DNA from: Lytechinus pictus
Lineage: Eukaryota
Length of the DNA: 60,000 nucleotides
Assembly (NCBI RefSeq): GCF_037042905.1
Contig: NC_087245.1
Location: 29,142,001 to 29,202,000 of the forward strand
Reading direction: 5' to 3'
Below the pieces are notes generated by a model. It was not told the DNA's origin, ran no database searches, and saw only the letters and a program-made list of their open reading frames with translations. Positions 1 to 11,959 of this stretch are shown piece by piece (position 1 is the stretch's first letter; each line of letters begins with the position of its first letter). A program made the translations under genes and the position numbers.

Positions 1-157
1 GATTGCTACTGGCCGAGTACGCTCTCCTTACGATGGCTACTGAATTAGTTTCATACAGAGCATTGACGAGAGCTGAGAAAGACATCGAAGCTGCCTGGTC
101 ATCTGGTTGTGCATAGAAGATGTACACGCTGTTCCCCATTTGTTGATGCTTTTTTAT
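1..157 (-). CDS. XRCC5: Ku80 exon 8 (runs off the window)
   Basis: IKKHQQMGNSVYIFYAQPDDQAASMSFSALVNALYETNSVAIVRRAY, Ku beta-barrel. Confidence 0.93.
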   Translation of the reverse strand, partial: MKKHQQMGNSVYIFYAQPDDQAASMSFSALVNALYETNSVAIVRRAYSASSN

Positions 158-662
158 CTGGTGAAATGAAAATGAATATTGAAAGCTTATCAAAAATGAT
201 TTAATTGATTTCATAAAATACATTTATAGGTCTTCATTAATTCACTTTATTTTAGTTCTTGTTTTTCATGTCTTACTGTAATCTTATATCCATTTATTAG
301 GCACAGCAGACAAGGACGAGGATATATATCCGGCTGTTGCATGTGCGGATGTGTTGTTTGTCCAGACAAGATGGCAATTTCAGTAACATTGCGATCAATA
401 TTTAATTAATCGATCTTGAAAATAATATCATACAATACTACAAAGCACAAATATTCACAAGTATTTTTGCTATTTCATGCACAAATTTTGAGAAAATCCA
501 GAGCAAACAGTGAAGTTTTTATTTGCGGAAGTGGCCGGACATTGAACCCCCCCTCCATCCTACTGTATAAAGATTGGACTCCACGAATTTCAGTTCATAC
601 AGTTGATGTTGTATCAGCTATAAAAAAAAAGGTTATTGTACCTCTAATAACTAGTAGCTTAC

Positions 663-911
663 CCTACTGTCTTTGGTGAACCCAAGAACTTGCATGACTT
701 TCCCGGGTTTCTTGTAATCCATGTTTTTCTTATCCTCTTCGGAGATGGGGATGATGTCGTTGCCATAGCGATAACCTTCAACTTGGTCGTCCTTTTCTAC
801 TTCTGTCTCTTCATCATCATTAAGATGCTGGGAGCGGATGGTCTGAGGGGTGAACTCCCTTGCCCCTTTGTGGAATGTGGACTTCCAGCTTTTGGGGGTC
901 GCCTCCTTTAC
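663..911 (-). CDS. XRCC5: Ku80 exon 7
   Basis: VKEATPKSWK...HLNDDEETEVEKDDQVEGYRYGNDIIPISEEDKKNMDYK...QVLGFTKDSR contains the Ku80 LNDD...GYRYG motif; GTAAGC donor. Confidence 0.95.
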
Positions 912-1194
912 CTAGAGTAGGAAGAATATGTTTGTCAGTTTGGACTCGATCAAGCATTAGATTATTGGACACAAAGGCACAGGGTATCATGCTTTACTGT
1001 ATTTCCATTAGTTTGAGGCTTGATATGAACTCATTTATTTCAAGTTGAATTTGAGCTGGCTTGATTTGAAGCACACTTTGATCCCACACCCCTTTCTCTT
1101 TATATCATTAACCTAGAAATAGTTAAGAAACCTAATACTATCATACATAACAACATCCTATCTCCAAATTATCATTCATTTGAGGGAAATAATA

Positions 1195-1420
1195 TAGGGT
1201 ATTTGTAAAGTGCATATATCCACCTTAGTAAGTGCTACTAGGCTAAAACAGCACTCACAGCTCTTGAGTAATTACTTCCCGTCGGTACCTTTTTATCTCA
1301 ACTGGGTGGAGTGGAGCACATTACGGACCAATTTCTTGCTGAAACTACACCATAGCTGGAATTCAAACCAACAACCCTATGTTTCAATGTAGGGAGACGA
1401 GTTCACTGGGCCACAACGTT
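1195..1420 (-). mobile_element. Decayed tRNA-derived SINE
   Basis: Degenerate reverse-complement similarity to the SINE at 44066-44356. Confidence 0.55.
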
Positions 1421-1498
1421 CCACCTTCATATAGTACAACAAAGAGGAATATGCTATAGTTTACTCTCCTAAAACAATATCAAATATTGAACAGGTAC

Positions 1499-1613
1499 CT
1501 TGAGATAACCAGAGACTGGAATTTTGAGTTCTGGTCCGACTTCTAGATTGACCTTCCATGGGGTAGGTCTGACAGCTCTCTTCTCAAACATTGTCACAGC
1601 TGGTATCACCTCA
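1499..1613 (-). CDS. XRCC5: Ku80 exon 6
   Basis: EVIPAVTMFEKRAVRPTPWKVNLEVGPELKIPVSGYLK, start of the Ku core; tttacag acceptor, GT donor. Confidence 0.92.
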
Positions 1614-2021
1614 CTGTAAAAACAAAAGCAAACATTATACCAAGTGTCTTATCCTGGACTCTTTAACATTGACATATTTGCTTTTTTTAGGATCTACATT
1701 TTTTCCCCATGTTTTCTGTGATACAGAAAACAGGAAAAATCATGGAATTCTGGAAGAAATATGAATTTTTAAATAGACAAAACCAAACTGAGTTACAACT
1801 TACAAGAATTACAACAAATATCATGAAATCCAAGCAAATTCCAATAAAAGCAGAAATGTCCGTAAATGAAACATCTAACCTGTTAGCATTTTTCTTTAAT
1901 CATGTGTTTGCCAAGCTCTATCTGTTTTTCTAAGATTTTCCCTTTTGTAAATGTCACTGGTGAACACAGGATGTGATTTTCAGAACAACATAGAACATGG
2001 CTTTGGCATTGGAAGACTCAC

Positions 2022-2198
2022 TCAAATGAATAGATGGCACCGTTCACTTCTTCTACGATGCTTAGAACCAGCCTCTCTCCAGCCCTCTGTTGTGGGGTTT
2101 TCTGCTTCCTTGACCCTAGACCTCGGCTGGTAGATGGTTGATCCCGGGCATCACCCCCATCGCCGCCACCACCGTCCAAGCTATCAAACTGAAGTCCA
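2022..2198 (-). CDS. XRCC5: Ku80 exon 5
   Basis: GLQFDSLDGGGGDGGD...KTPQQRAGERLVLSIVEEVNGAIYSF; ttgcag acceptor, GTGAGT donor. Confidence 0.9.
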
Positions 2199-2605
2199 CT
2201 GCAATATTGACAATAGATGATTTTGAACTTGTAAGTAACCAGATGTCATCAATTAATGTTATGTAAAAATGTACCTGCCTTTTGTACACAAAGAGGATAT
2301 TAGACAAAATGGGTAAAGCATAACTGGAAAGTAGACAAAGTGGTATATGGGCTAAAAGCCAATTAGACTAAATAGTAGATGAAGTGGTTGTACATGAAGC
2401 AGAATTAGACCATATGGGATGAGACCAAACAGAAGTTGACAAATTTGTTGTAGACCAGTTGGCAATTTAGCGAATAGAAAAGGAATGACATGAATACAGA
2501 AAGAACAATAAACTAGTTTACTTTTGAAGGAAACAGAAATGTCATTCAATTTCAATTCAAAGGTTTTAATCCGTATAAATTTCTCAACAAAAACAGTTTA
2601 CTTAC

Positions 2606-2783
2606 ATCATGTTAACTTCTGATTTCATGGCTTTGAGGCTATCAGTGACGTTCTGCAGCTTATCATCAGCAAACTCTCCTCCAAGGTCTGAGAAGAGGAT
2701 GATGCGATTCTTTGTGAACTTTGATGACTTGTCTGAAATAGCATCATGGATTATATCCATGGCCACAATTAGAGCATCAACAA
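2606..2783 (-). CDS. XRCC5: Ku80 exon 4
   Basis: (F)VDALIVAMDIIHD...RIILFSDLGGEF...; phases consistent with neighbours; GTAAGT donor. Confidence 0.95.
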
Positions 2784-3523
2784 CTGATATTCCAAAAGGC
2801 ATCAAAGTCAAGGATCATAATGGGATTCAGTTTATGATGAACTTGTAGTGAATCAGTAATGTGATAGTCTATAGTCTATACAGCTCACAATTATATGAAG
2901 GACACATGATGATATAAACAATGATATCGTATTATTGATAGAGCTCTAAGTACCAGGTATTAACCCCATCCCAACACCAAACTATTTTGTATGCTGGGTG
3001 TCGATTTTGCATCAACACCAGTTTGTTGTTCCAACTTTGGTGCTGTGTGAGACTTGCAATGATATTGCCCCAACATCAACAGGGCCAATGCAAACAGAAT
3101 CTTAATTTCAATTTGGGTGCTATGTATGAAAGGTGTTGATTTTGCCCCAATACCAACAGCAGCTTCATTTCAATTTTTTGTGAGACTGGTGTTGATTTGC
3201 CACATTATGGCAACCAACTTTGTTTTGAATCGGGAGCTGTATCTGGCTGGTGTTGAATTAGCTGCAATACCAACATTTTGGTGCTGTATGTGACCGTCAT
3301 TGATTTTGCCCCAACACCAACATCAACTTAATCTTGATTTGGTTGCTTGATGTGGGTGGTGTTGTTGACTTTGCACTCATACTTATACTATTTTCATTTT
3401 ACTCTTGGTCTGTTGTATAGTGTAAAGTTTCATTGTTTTGTTTAGTTGGTGCTGATTTTTTCCATAACACCAACACCAGCCTTTGACATTGAACTTGACA
3501 ACACTGTGCTTTGACAAGGATAC
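2784..3523 (-). other. XRCC5: U12-type (minor spliceosome) GT-AG intron 3 of Ku80
   Basis: 5' splice site GTATCCTT; branch point TCCTTGAC at 2807-2814, about 24 nt before the AG; no strong polypyrimidine tract. Confidence 0.88.
2960..3380. repeat. Degenerate minisatellite inside the U12 intron
   Basis: Recurrent ttgattttgccccaacaccaaca / ttggtgctgt motifs. Confidence 0.6.
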
Positions 3524-3695
3524 AGTCTCCTGATTCCTGGCTTGGCTGAATATTAGACCTTATGTGTTGAATGAGATCAAGATCAGCTAGTCTGAATGGC
3601 CTTTCCACTGTGATGTTATCATAGTCCAGCTTGTTGGCTGACCCTGGAGTGCCGAAGAGGATAAGGGCAACCTCATCTTTAGACTCAGAAAACAC
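3524..3695 (-). CDS. XRCC5: Ku80 exon 3
   Basis: VFSESKDEVALILFGTPGSANKLDYDNITVERPFRLADLDLIQHIRSNIQPSQESGD; ends at a GTATCCTT donor. Confidence 0.95.
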
Positions 3696-4224
3696 CTGTG
3701 TAAAAAAATACATTGAAATGTCCTTCATTTATATCTCATAATCATGTTGTTAGTGCAGGGACTAGTTTTCCTGGTATTGCATTGCAATTTACTCCACACT
3801 TTTTGAAGACTACTACACAAATTCTTTTGTATATCAGATTTTTACATAGGACTATAGTCATGGTACAGAACCTAGGAGAGAGCTTTCTCCTCTTGAAACC
3901 AAAAACGCTAATCCAATTTGGGAAGCAAAATCAATCCCTGCAGTGTTCTGTTCTAACCACAAGCTGAAATGTAGAAGCTACTGGATAAGTGTGTTCTAAT
4001 CTCTTCCCCCCTCCCCCATATTGTATTCAATTAAATGTTACACTGTACAAAAAATTAAGTTTACCCAATAAGTTCTGGGGTTATAAAGCAAAAAAAAAAA
4101 AAAAAATCATGACCTTAATAGACAATGTTAATAGAGTTCATCATGCCTTGAACAAATATAAAATTTGAGTGATAAATGGAAACGCCTATAAAATCACACA
4201 ATCACCAAAAATAATATGATATTT

Positions 4225-4430
4225 TATAGCATTTATGAGGCGCCAATTATCTGGTTGCCTATTCAATGGTGACCTGTATATTACCCAGCTGTAGCTACGG
4301 CTGCCAAATGCACTCTGTGCATGCAAGGAATTAATCCTTCTGGGTAACCATTCACCTCACCTGGGTTGAGTGCAGCGCAACGTGGGTAAATTTCTTAAAG
4401 GAAAACATGCCATGGCTGGGACTCGAACCT
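4225..4430 (-). mobile_element. tRNA-derived SINE (5' truncated)
   Basis: Reverse complement has B box GGTTCGAGTCC and the cccaggtgaggtgaatgg core shared with 44066-44356. Confidence 0.75.
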
Positions 4431-4740
4431 AGTATTACCTTTCTTGAAAACCCAGGTTTCTGTATTCTACAATGCCATTTCCGTGTTCTTCAGTGGTCTA
4501 AAGAGTTTTAAACATATTCTGTGTTTCCTGCAAGGTTTGACAAGCTGATTTTTTACTTAGATGCACAGCATTCTTATGTTGGATTTTACTTTGATTTTCT
4601 CTCAATGTTTCGTATCAAATATTTGGAATGCAAAAATGTGTCTTCCATGAATTTTCTCCTTTCTTCCTGAATTCTGTGGACTTTATTTTCTGTTTAATGT
4701 ATCATGGAAAACTGGGGACTCTTATCTGACTTTTTTTTAC

Positions 4741-4854
4741 CTTCCTCTGGAGTATCATGGTGATGACATCCCGTGCTGTCTCAAGGGTAGTACAGCTGCC
4801 AGGAGGAGCTTGGTTCATAGAATGACCAACATCTAGAACAATCACTATCGCTTC
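4741..4854 (-). CDS. XRCC5: Ku80 exon 2 (vWA domain start)
   Basis: EAIVIVLDVGHSMNQAPPGSCTTLETARDVITMILQRK resembles the Ku80 N-terminus; tttcag acceptor, GTAAAA donor. Confidence 0.93.
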
Positions 4855-5116
4855 CTGAAACACACAAGAACATTGGTTAAAGTAAGCTATGTACTGAAGT
4901 CTACCATTACGATTTCTGAACTCTAGCAAGAATTTCTCCCAAAAGCTGGAAAGTCTGGAAATGGAATTCTCAATCACTATTTTTTTTTCTGAAATGTCTT
5001 TTCACTAAATAAAATTTGAAAGATAACATCAAGATTGGAACCGAATTACAGCCGTTCCCAATCGCGATTTAGGAAAGCGGTGGGCATATTGTTTATTGAC
5101 CTCAAAATGTAACCCA

Positions 5117-5187
5117 ACCAGAAATTGTTGTGGCAAGTCTCTCACTCTCAGACTGAGAGTGAGAGACTTGCCACAACAATTTCTGGT
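5117..5187. repeat. Perfect 71-bp palindrome
   Basis: 35-bp arms accagaaattgttgtggcaagtctctcactctcag and its exact reverse complement around a single A. Confidence 0.95.
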
Positions 5188-5640
5188 GGGGAACTTTGCT
5201 TGAAGAGTCGGCCGGTGCGAAACTGCATGCCATTATTAGCGCCGCCAAAATACCTGTAGATATTCAGCAAAGTGGTGGGCACATTGCCCTAACTAGATCT
5301 AAGTCCTAGATGCCTATGCTATGGCTAAGTATGAGTTAGATCGATAAATAGGTCTATTTCTGTCAGGGATATGTTCCGCCGAGTCTTCGTCTGGCCCTGC
5401 AGCAACCCCTCTGTCAATAGACCGAACACGGCTATTGGGCTCATAATGGTGAAGCAAACAACCGCCGCTTATAAACTACAGCGTCTATGGAGAAAGGGTG
5501 CGCTTTTGCACCCTCTTCGATTACTCCTAAATTTTGCTTTTTGACATGGGAAAAAGAAAGAAATAATAAAGATAAATGTACATCAAATACAATCAGCTTC
5601 CGAAAAATATGCCGGAAAATTGCTAATTTTGATGACAAAC

Positions 5641-5788
5641 GGATCAGGATCAGCCAGGTTCTTCTTCAATCGCCGTCAGCGCAGCTACAGCTGAGCATAC
5701 GAATGTGCCAGGCAGCCAATCCGCTGTCATGTCCATACACTCAGCTGTAGCTGACGGCGATTGAAGAAGAACCTGGCTGATCCCGATC
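5641..5788. repeat. Inverted repeat / hairpin (MITE-like core)
   Basis: gatcagccaggttcttcttcaatcgccgtcagc...gctgacggcgattgaagaagaacctggctgatc. Confidence 0.85.
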
Positions 5789-7378
5789 TATTCAGGCGAA
5801 GTGGCAAGGTGCAATTATCGGCTGATCTTGTTTTCAATTGACCTTGAAAAACGCTCAAAGTTACCAAGAGGGTGTCCTGAAAGTGAACTGTTGCAGCAAA
5901 ACTGCCATAACTTTTGTAAATGACCATGAATCTGAGTGATGTTTATATTTTTGGAAAGGAGAATGATTACTTCGACTGTTTATTAAGTTAGTTTTGTTGT
6001 TTGCAGAGTAAAAATACTAAAAAGATGTCAAAAACTCTCCATGAAAAAATGAAAATAAGTAGTCGAAAAAAAAAAAAGCTTAAATTTCACATTTTCAGGT
6101 CATTGGCATGATCTAAAAATAATGAAATAATAAACATTAAGTAAACAAATTAAATAATCATTTAACATTTAGATCTCTAACAATAAAGAAAAATAAATAG
6201 CAATTGAACAAATCATGTCAAACATATAACGGTAAACGAACATACAAGCAGGACTAACTGTGAAACCATGCGCTGAATCCTGAATAAAAAAAGATTGACT
6301 ATGGAAAACTGAAAATGGCTCCATGATAAAATACAAAATGGCTCTCATTTTTTTCTAAATGCCCCCACCCCCAAAGTAATTTTTTACCCTTACAATACAG
6401 TATATAATGTAAAGTATTTTTTGAATGTGTTGAAAAGGTTCATTGCCAATTTTACAATGTACCACATTAACTTGAATTTGAATTTTTTAACTTCATTCAC
6501 TTGACATGAACATTTTGTTTTACAATTAACACTTCCGTTATATCAAATACATACATATAGGCCTACATTTTCCATAGATTTCCAATTAATTGAAAGAAAA
6601 AAAGTACATGCATAGACCTATATGAATTATGTTCAATACTCATTTATTATAAATATTGAGCATGCATCAAACACCTAAATCGAGCCCCACATGGCCTGAC
6701 AATAATTTGATAAAAAAATAGCAACAAAAAAAACACTGCGCTTGAAAAACCTGGACGATCAACCTAGATCTCCCGGGGGGGGGGGGGGGGGGGGGGGGGC
6801 ACTTACATTGACAAGTGGATACCATGCGCAACCAAAAAAAGGATGTCTTTTTCAAGATAGGGCACGTTACGTACGTAATGTGATAAGGGTGTCAAAAACA
6901 CAAAAATATTGAAAAAAGGGTATCTATTTTGCTCGGAAAAATATATGTGTTTAGGGTCAAATATGAGGGGATGATAAAACAAAATCAAAATGTTTTATAA
7001 AGGATGTCCTTTTTGCCCCAACACTACGTGTTTAGAGTCCGATTTGCGCGAGGTGTGGAAGGTGGGGCCGTACTAAACCAAAATGTGTAAAGGTAAAACC
7101 AACGACCGACGGACCTGTGAAATAACAATAAAATATCGCTGTACTTGTTTAGGGGTTCATTTCGGGGAATACTTACCAAGAGTATCGTTTTGTTTCCAAT
7201 ACTTGTTAAGGGGTGCATTTTCAGAATACAGAAAATACAGTGCTGTTCTTGTTTGGGGGCTCAATTCTGTTAATACTTGCCAATAGTATTTGTTTCCAAT
7301 ACTTGTTAAGGGTAGGGTTTCCCACGCCAATACTTGTTAAGGGGTGCATTTTCAGAATATGGAAAATACGTGTTTAGG

Positions 7379-7819
7379 TAGACCAAAAGCTTCGGTCTCT
7401 GTTATGTTGGTTGTTCCGCTGAACTCCGTTGGCTCCACTCACCAAATACAGAGACCGAAGTTCTAGCGCGATCTGTACAGGGGACTCAATGGCCATACGT
7501 TTATGTATTCAGTTCGGATAAAACAGGGAAGTGATGTTGCGCGACAGCCGAAGTAAGTCACTGTTTTTTCCCCTTTTAAGTTTATTTTTCCCTGTTTTGG
7601 TGCATTTCAGACCATAACTGAATAATAATCTTTATTTTGGTACAGTTCTTTTTATATATTTTTATGAAATAAAGACCAAAATCGATGAGCCCCGACGGGG
7701 GGGGATTTTGCATTGTAAGTCCCCTAATGGTGGCTGCACGATAGCGAGCCGTCTGTGTACGAGGAGAAAAAAAAAAAAAGTTTAAAAACTCCTCGAAACA
7801 GACGGCTGCCAGCTGTCTT
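7379..7819. mobile_element. 441-bp insertion with a 9-bp TSD
   Basis: GTGTTTAGG at 7370-7378 and 7820-7828; ends TAGAC...GTCTT; its terminal hairpin recurs near 10465-10545. Confidence 0.65.
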
Positions 7820-7829
7820 GTGTTTAGGG

Positions 7830-10127
7830 TAATGTTGTAACCCGCACCCGTTGCGGTATGGGTTAACCTGCCGGTATGCCCCCGATCGCGGGTTGCGGGC
7901 CGGGCCGAGTTCATTCTCAAACCCACAGACCGTCATACGAAAAAAGGGAGAAGTAACGACGCATAATAAAAACATTAACAATAACAAGTGGAATGCCTCT
8001 GGCCGTCTCACCTGCATCACGCGATTCAATATAGCAGCAGTACTGATTTTGAAAACTACTATAACTCGCACAAGATGTTCAGTGATACTTGGTTACTCGT
8101 ATTTCCACGTTTTATGAACTAGACCAATACACTTATGGAGATATGATGGCAATTCAACAAATACCCCCGACGTGGCCAAAGTTCTTTGACCTTACATGAC
8201 CTTTGACCTTGATCATGTGACCTGAAACTTGCACAGGATGTTCAGTAATACTTGATTACTATTATGTCCAAGTTTCATGAATCAGATCCATAAACTTTCA
8301 AAGTTATGATGGTAATTCAACAGATACCCCCAATTCGGCCAAAGTTCATTGACCCTAAATGACCTTTGACCTTGGTCATGGGACGTGAAACTCATGCAGG
8401 ATGTTCAGTGATACTTGATCAACCTTATGTATAAGTTTCATGAACTAGGTCCATATATTTTCTAAGTTATGATGACATTTCAAAAACTTAACCTTAGGTT
8501 AAGATTTTGATGTTGTTTCCCCCAACATGGTCTAAGTTCATTGACCCTAAATGACCTTTGACCTTGGTCATGTGACATGAAACTCAGGCAGGATGTTCAG
8601 TAATACTTGATTAACCTTATGGCCAAGTTTCATGAACTAGGTCCATATACTTTCTAAGTTATGCTGTCATTTCAAAAACTTAACCTCAGGTTAAGATTTG
8701 GTGTTGACGCCGCCGCCGCCGTCGGAAAAGCGGCGCCTATAGTCTCACTCTGCTATGCAGGTGAGACAAAAATTGAGTTAGGATCATGTGCTTCTTACGT
8801 GGCGGATTCTTTTAAAGACGTAGATATTTCCTTTTAAAAAATGCCGGCATATTTTTGTCTTGTGAACAGTGAACAGGACTGAGATAGTTCGACATAATAC
8901 ATCGAGTTGCTCTATCAAAGAAGCGCCAGTGCAGCGCATATTGGGAGGGAGAGAGAGAGAGAGATAGAGAGAGAGGGGAGGGGATGTGTTCGGAGAATGT
9001 AAACAGAAGCCAGAATACATTGCGTAATCATGTCTGGCAAGGAGCGAGTGATGGGCCACGTGGTAGATAAAGGAATGCTTTATGACTTGGAGTGGGGCGA
9101 GTCAAGCCTGTTTCCACGGCAACGCTCGCTGTTTGAGGTGGAGGGATTTGCGGTGCACAGCAGAGAGACAGTTGTTTGATTATTGGATTACCTGATAGAG
9201 CGTGCCGTCAGGTCAGAGTGTTAGCTGCCCTTTTTTGAAGACATGCTAAGCTGGTCTAGTGGCTAACTAACCCTCCTTTTCGTTATTTCATACATTTTCT
9301 GATGAAAACTAAATCCCCCGCACCCTGAATGCCCAGATCTCTTAATTTTTCCAATGTACAATTGATTGAAAGTCTTTAAGATTTCTGAAGATGTAAAATA
9401 GGATTGCAAGTTTCTTGCAAATACCTCTCTCTTGACCGATCGATCGAGAGAGATAAAAAATAAATAAAAGCCTAGCTAAGCTAGCTAAGCACTAGTAACA
9501 CGAGCTGTTTACGTAAGTTCATGGGCGCCCTCGTGCACGTTTGTATTAGTTTACAAAGAATTGGGAGAAAAACAAAAACAGAAGGAAATAATATGGAGAT
9601 ATACAAGAAGAAGAAATTGACTTTATCATTATCCTGGTATTTATTTCAATTTTGATTACTTTATATACGAGGTGCCATAGAATTGAATATTGTAATTATG
9701 ATTGTTGTGAGTCGCCGTGTCGACCGACCTGGACTGAAAAACTACATTGCCGATCTTTGCTGGGCAGCCTGGCTAGCCTAGCTGAGCTGCGGCTCCAATC
9801 AGAGGAGTTAATTGCGTAATGCTTTCAATTTCGAGATCAGAGCGGACCCATTTCGTGGTACAAAGTCACCCAAAAAACATTTTCTATCCAGAATAAAAGG
9901 CGAATTTTGCAAATTGTAAGTAAATTCACTCTAGGATAGGTTAGTAGTTGGCATATATTTTCCTGATTTGAGCCTGTAAAGTGTGGGGATTGCAGAAATA
10001 ATATTTTTCATTTTTCAAAGATAAATTGACTAACGGGTTAAAACCCGACGGGTCAGCGGGTCCCGCTTGCAAATTATTGGATTATACGGGACGGTATGGT
10101 TCGGGTTTTCACTTGCGGGTTACATTA
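7830..10127. mobile_element. Non-autonomous hAT-like element
   Basis: 8-bp TSD GTTTAGGG at 7822-7829 and 10128-10135; TIRs TAATGT(TGT)AACCCGCA and TGCGGGTTACATTA; subterminal CGGG/CCCG motifs. Confidence 0.8.
7983..8771. mobile_element. Helentron-associated (HINE/DINE-like) element with internal tandem repeats
   Basis: Subterminal inverted repeats gtctcacctgcat (8005-8017) and atgcaggtgagac (8755-8767), a GC hairpin near the end, and about four 160-190-bp units containing tgacctttgacc. Confidence 0.65.
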
Positions 10128-11711
10128 GTTTAGGGTGTTTTTCAAGACCCAATGGTCGCGCATGGTATCCACTTGTCAATGGAAGTGGCCCCTCTGGTCT
10201 AGATCTAGTAGACCTCCTTTTTTTTACTTGGCCTAACTTTATCTTTAAATTGTTCCTTTTCCCCCATCAAAAAGCAAAATTTAGTAGATCCCTAGGTCTA
10301 GACTAGAAGAGTCTACTCGAAGAGGGTGCAAAAGCGCACCCTTTCTCCAAAGACGTTAAGCGGCGGTTGGTTGCTCCACCATTACTAGTTAAGAGCCGAT
10401 GCCATGGCTGATGATGAGTACGGTAGTGTACTAGTAGTGTCATCAGTCTGTGTACTGTAGGGCCTAGACCAAAAGCTTCAGTCTCTGTATTTTGGTTGTT
10501 CCGCTGAACTGCGTTGGCTCACTCACCAATTAATAGACTGAAGAGCTTGGAGGCCCGTACGTACAGACAACGTAGTAGCAGTAACATTAGATCTAACTTA
10601 CTTCGGCAGAAACCTGATTTTCCGATCGTTTTTTTGTACATAAAATGTCACATTATGAAAAAGAAATCACATCCATATTTACGAAAAAATGTTTAAAATT
10701 CAGAAATATCGTACCTTAGATCACAGTTACCGCTAATTCCTTTCAGATGATGATCGAAACATCGTCATCTTCGATCCTTTCGTTGGTCAACGTAAGTTGC
10801 CATCTTGGATGACGTCATCATCCTTACAGACATACTTACCAGTCATTATATCGTGATTTGTGCCGCTGCTTTGCCCTTGTAGATGTGCATTGATCGCATT
10901 GATTGGCCAGGATATCGAAAATTTAATCGGAAAGCCTTGATAAAAGCACAACTCATTGAACGTAAAGGACAACAACGCACGGCTGCCCATTTTTTCCTCT
11001 CCGGCTAAAAAATAAGGAATAACGGGGGAATAACTCATCGGTAGACGGTAATGTATATTTTCTTTGAATTTACATGGTATCAAAAGAAAGATTAGAGTCT
11101 AACGAAAATAGTGGGCCTTCGTTCAAGATAATGTCATTTAGAATCTAAAAAAATTAAAATCTGGACAAAACCCGTCCTCCGAATGGCTGACGTGATTACA
11201 CATGCAGGCTCGCACAAACACACTACCGTCGGTGAATGGGGATTACAGTAAAATGTCAGAAACTGTTGAATAAATCCCCAGAAACGATGGTTATTCCTGT
11301 CTATATACTAATATAGAACATGTTCATAAACTGCTCCGAATTCAGCAGATTCATAAAATACTGAGTCCGAGTAATTATTAAACAACACTGGTGGAGAAAT
11401 TTTAAGTCAGCCGGTGCGAAACTGCATTAGCGTGAAATTCATGTTTAATCTTGACTTGACTTCAGAGTTCAATTCATCATCCGCTGCATATCCGATGCAT
11501 GGCGATTCATGTTCAAACACTCGTATAGTGCGACTCAATATGAATGCGGTACTTAATTTAATTGCTGCACGTCAAAGACTCTAGTCCGTTCACTACCGTA
11601 CTCCGTAAGTCACAAAACTTACTTAGACTTAGTCCAGCTAAAAAAAAAAAACACAAAAGAAGATGCACTGGGGTTGAATCAGGACTGACTTAGTGATAAT
11701 AATCTTCTAAC

Positions 11712-11729
11712 CTTTTCTTTGCTTCCCAT
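11712..11729 (-). CDS. XRCC5: Ku80 probable exon 1 coding part (MGSKEK)
   Basis: accATGG Kozak context; encodes MGSKEK then AG|GTTAGA donor in phase 0, matching the phase of exon 2. Comparable to the short vertebrate exon 1 (MVRSGNK). CpG-rich sequence lies just upstream. Confidence 0.7.
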
Positions 11730-11890
11730 GGTACTAGTTTCCGGAAAATCAGTGGAATTAACAAGCCAGAAGAACTCGAAAATTTACTTCCAAGTAACTC
11801 GCCTTTCCCCTGCTGCTGGAGATAACGTACCGGTACGCGCTAAGTATACGGTGGTAATACCGCCGCGCGCCTCGATCGACCGATATGTAT
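11730..11890 (-). promoter_or_regulatory. XRCC5: Probable Ku80 5' UTR and core promoter
   Basis: CpG-rich patch directly upstream of the exon 1 ATG; TTTCCGGAAA palindrome near 11738-11747. Confidence 0.5.
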
Positions 11891-11959
11891 ACAATCAGTG
11901 TTTAAAACTTTGTAAAGAAAAGGGCAGTTATCGATCACGGCCTCTTTTTCAGCGATTTG

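Larger units (their letters stand above)
6772..10192. mobile_element. Non-autonomous DNA element split by nested insertions
   Basis: TIRs cacttacattgacaagtggataccatgcgc and gcgcatggtatccacttgtcaatggaagtg; the body stops at 7378 and resumes at 10128. Confidence 0.75.

Noticed and set aside
1030..1112. Possible extra Ku80 exon
   Set aside because: In-frame stop, and exon 6 joins exon 7 cleanly.
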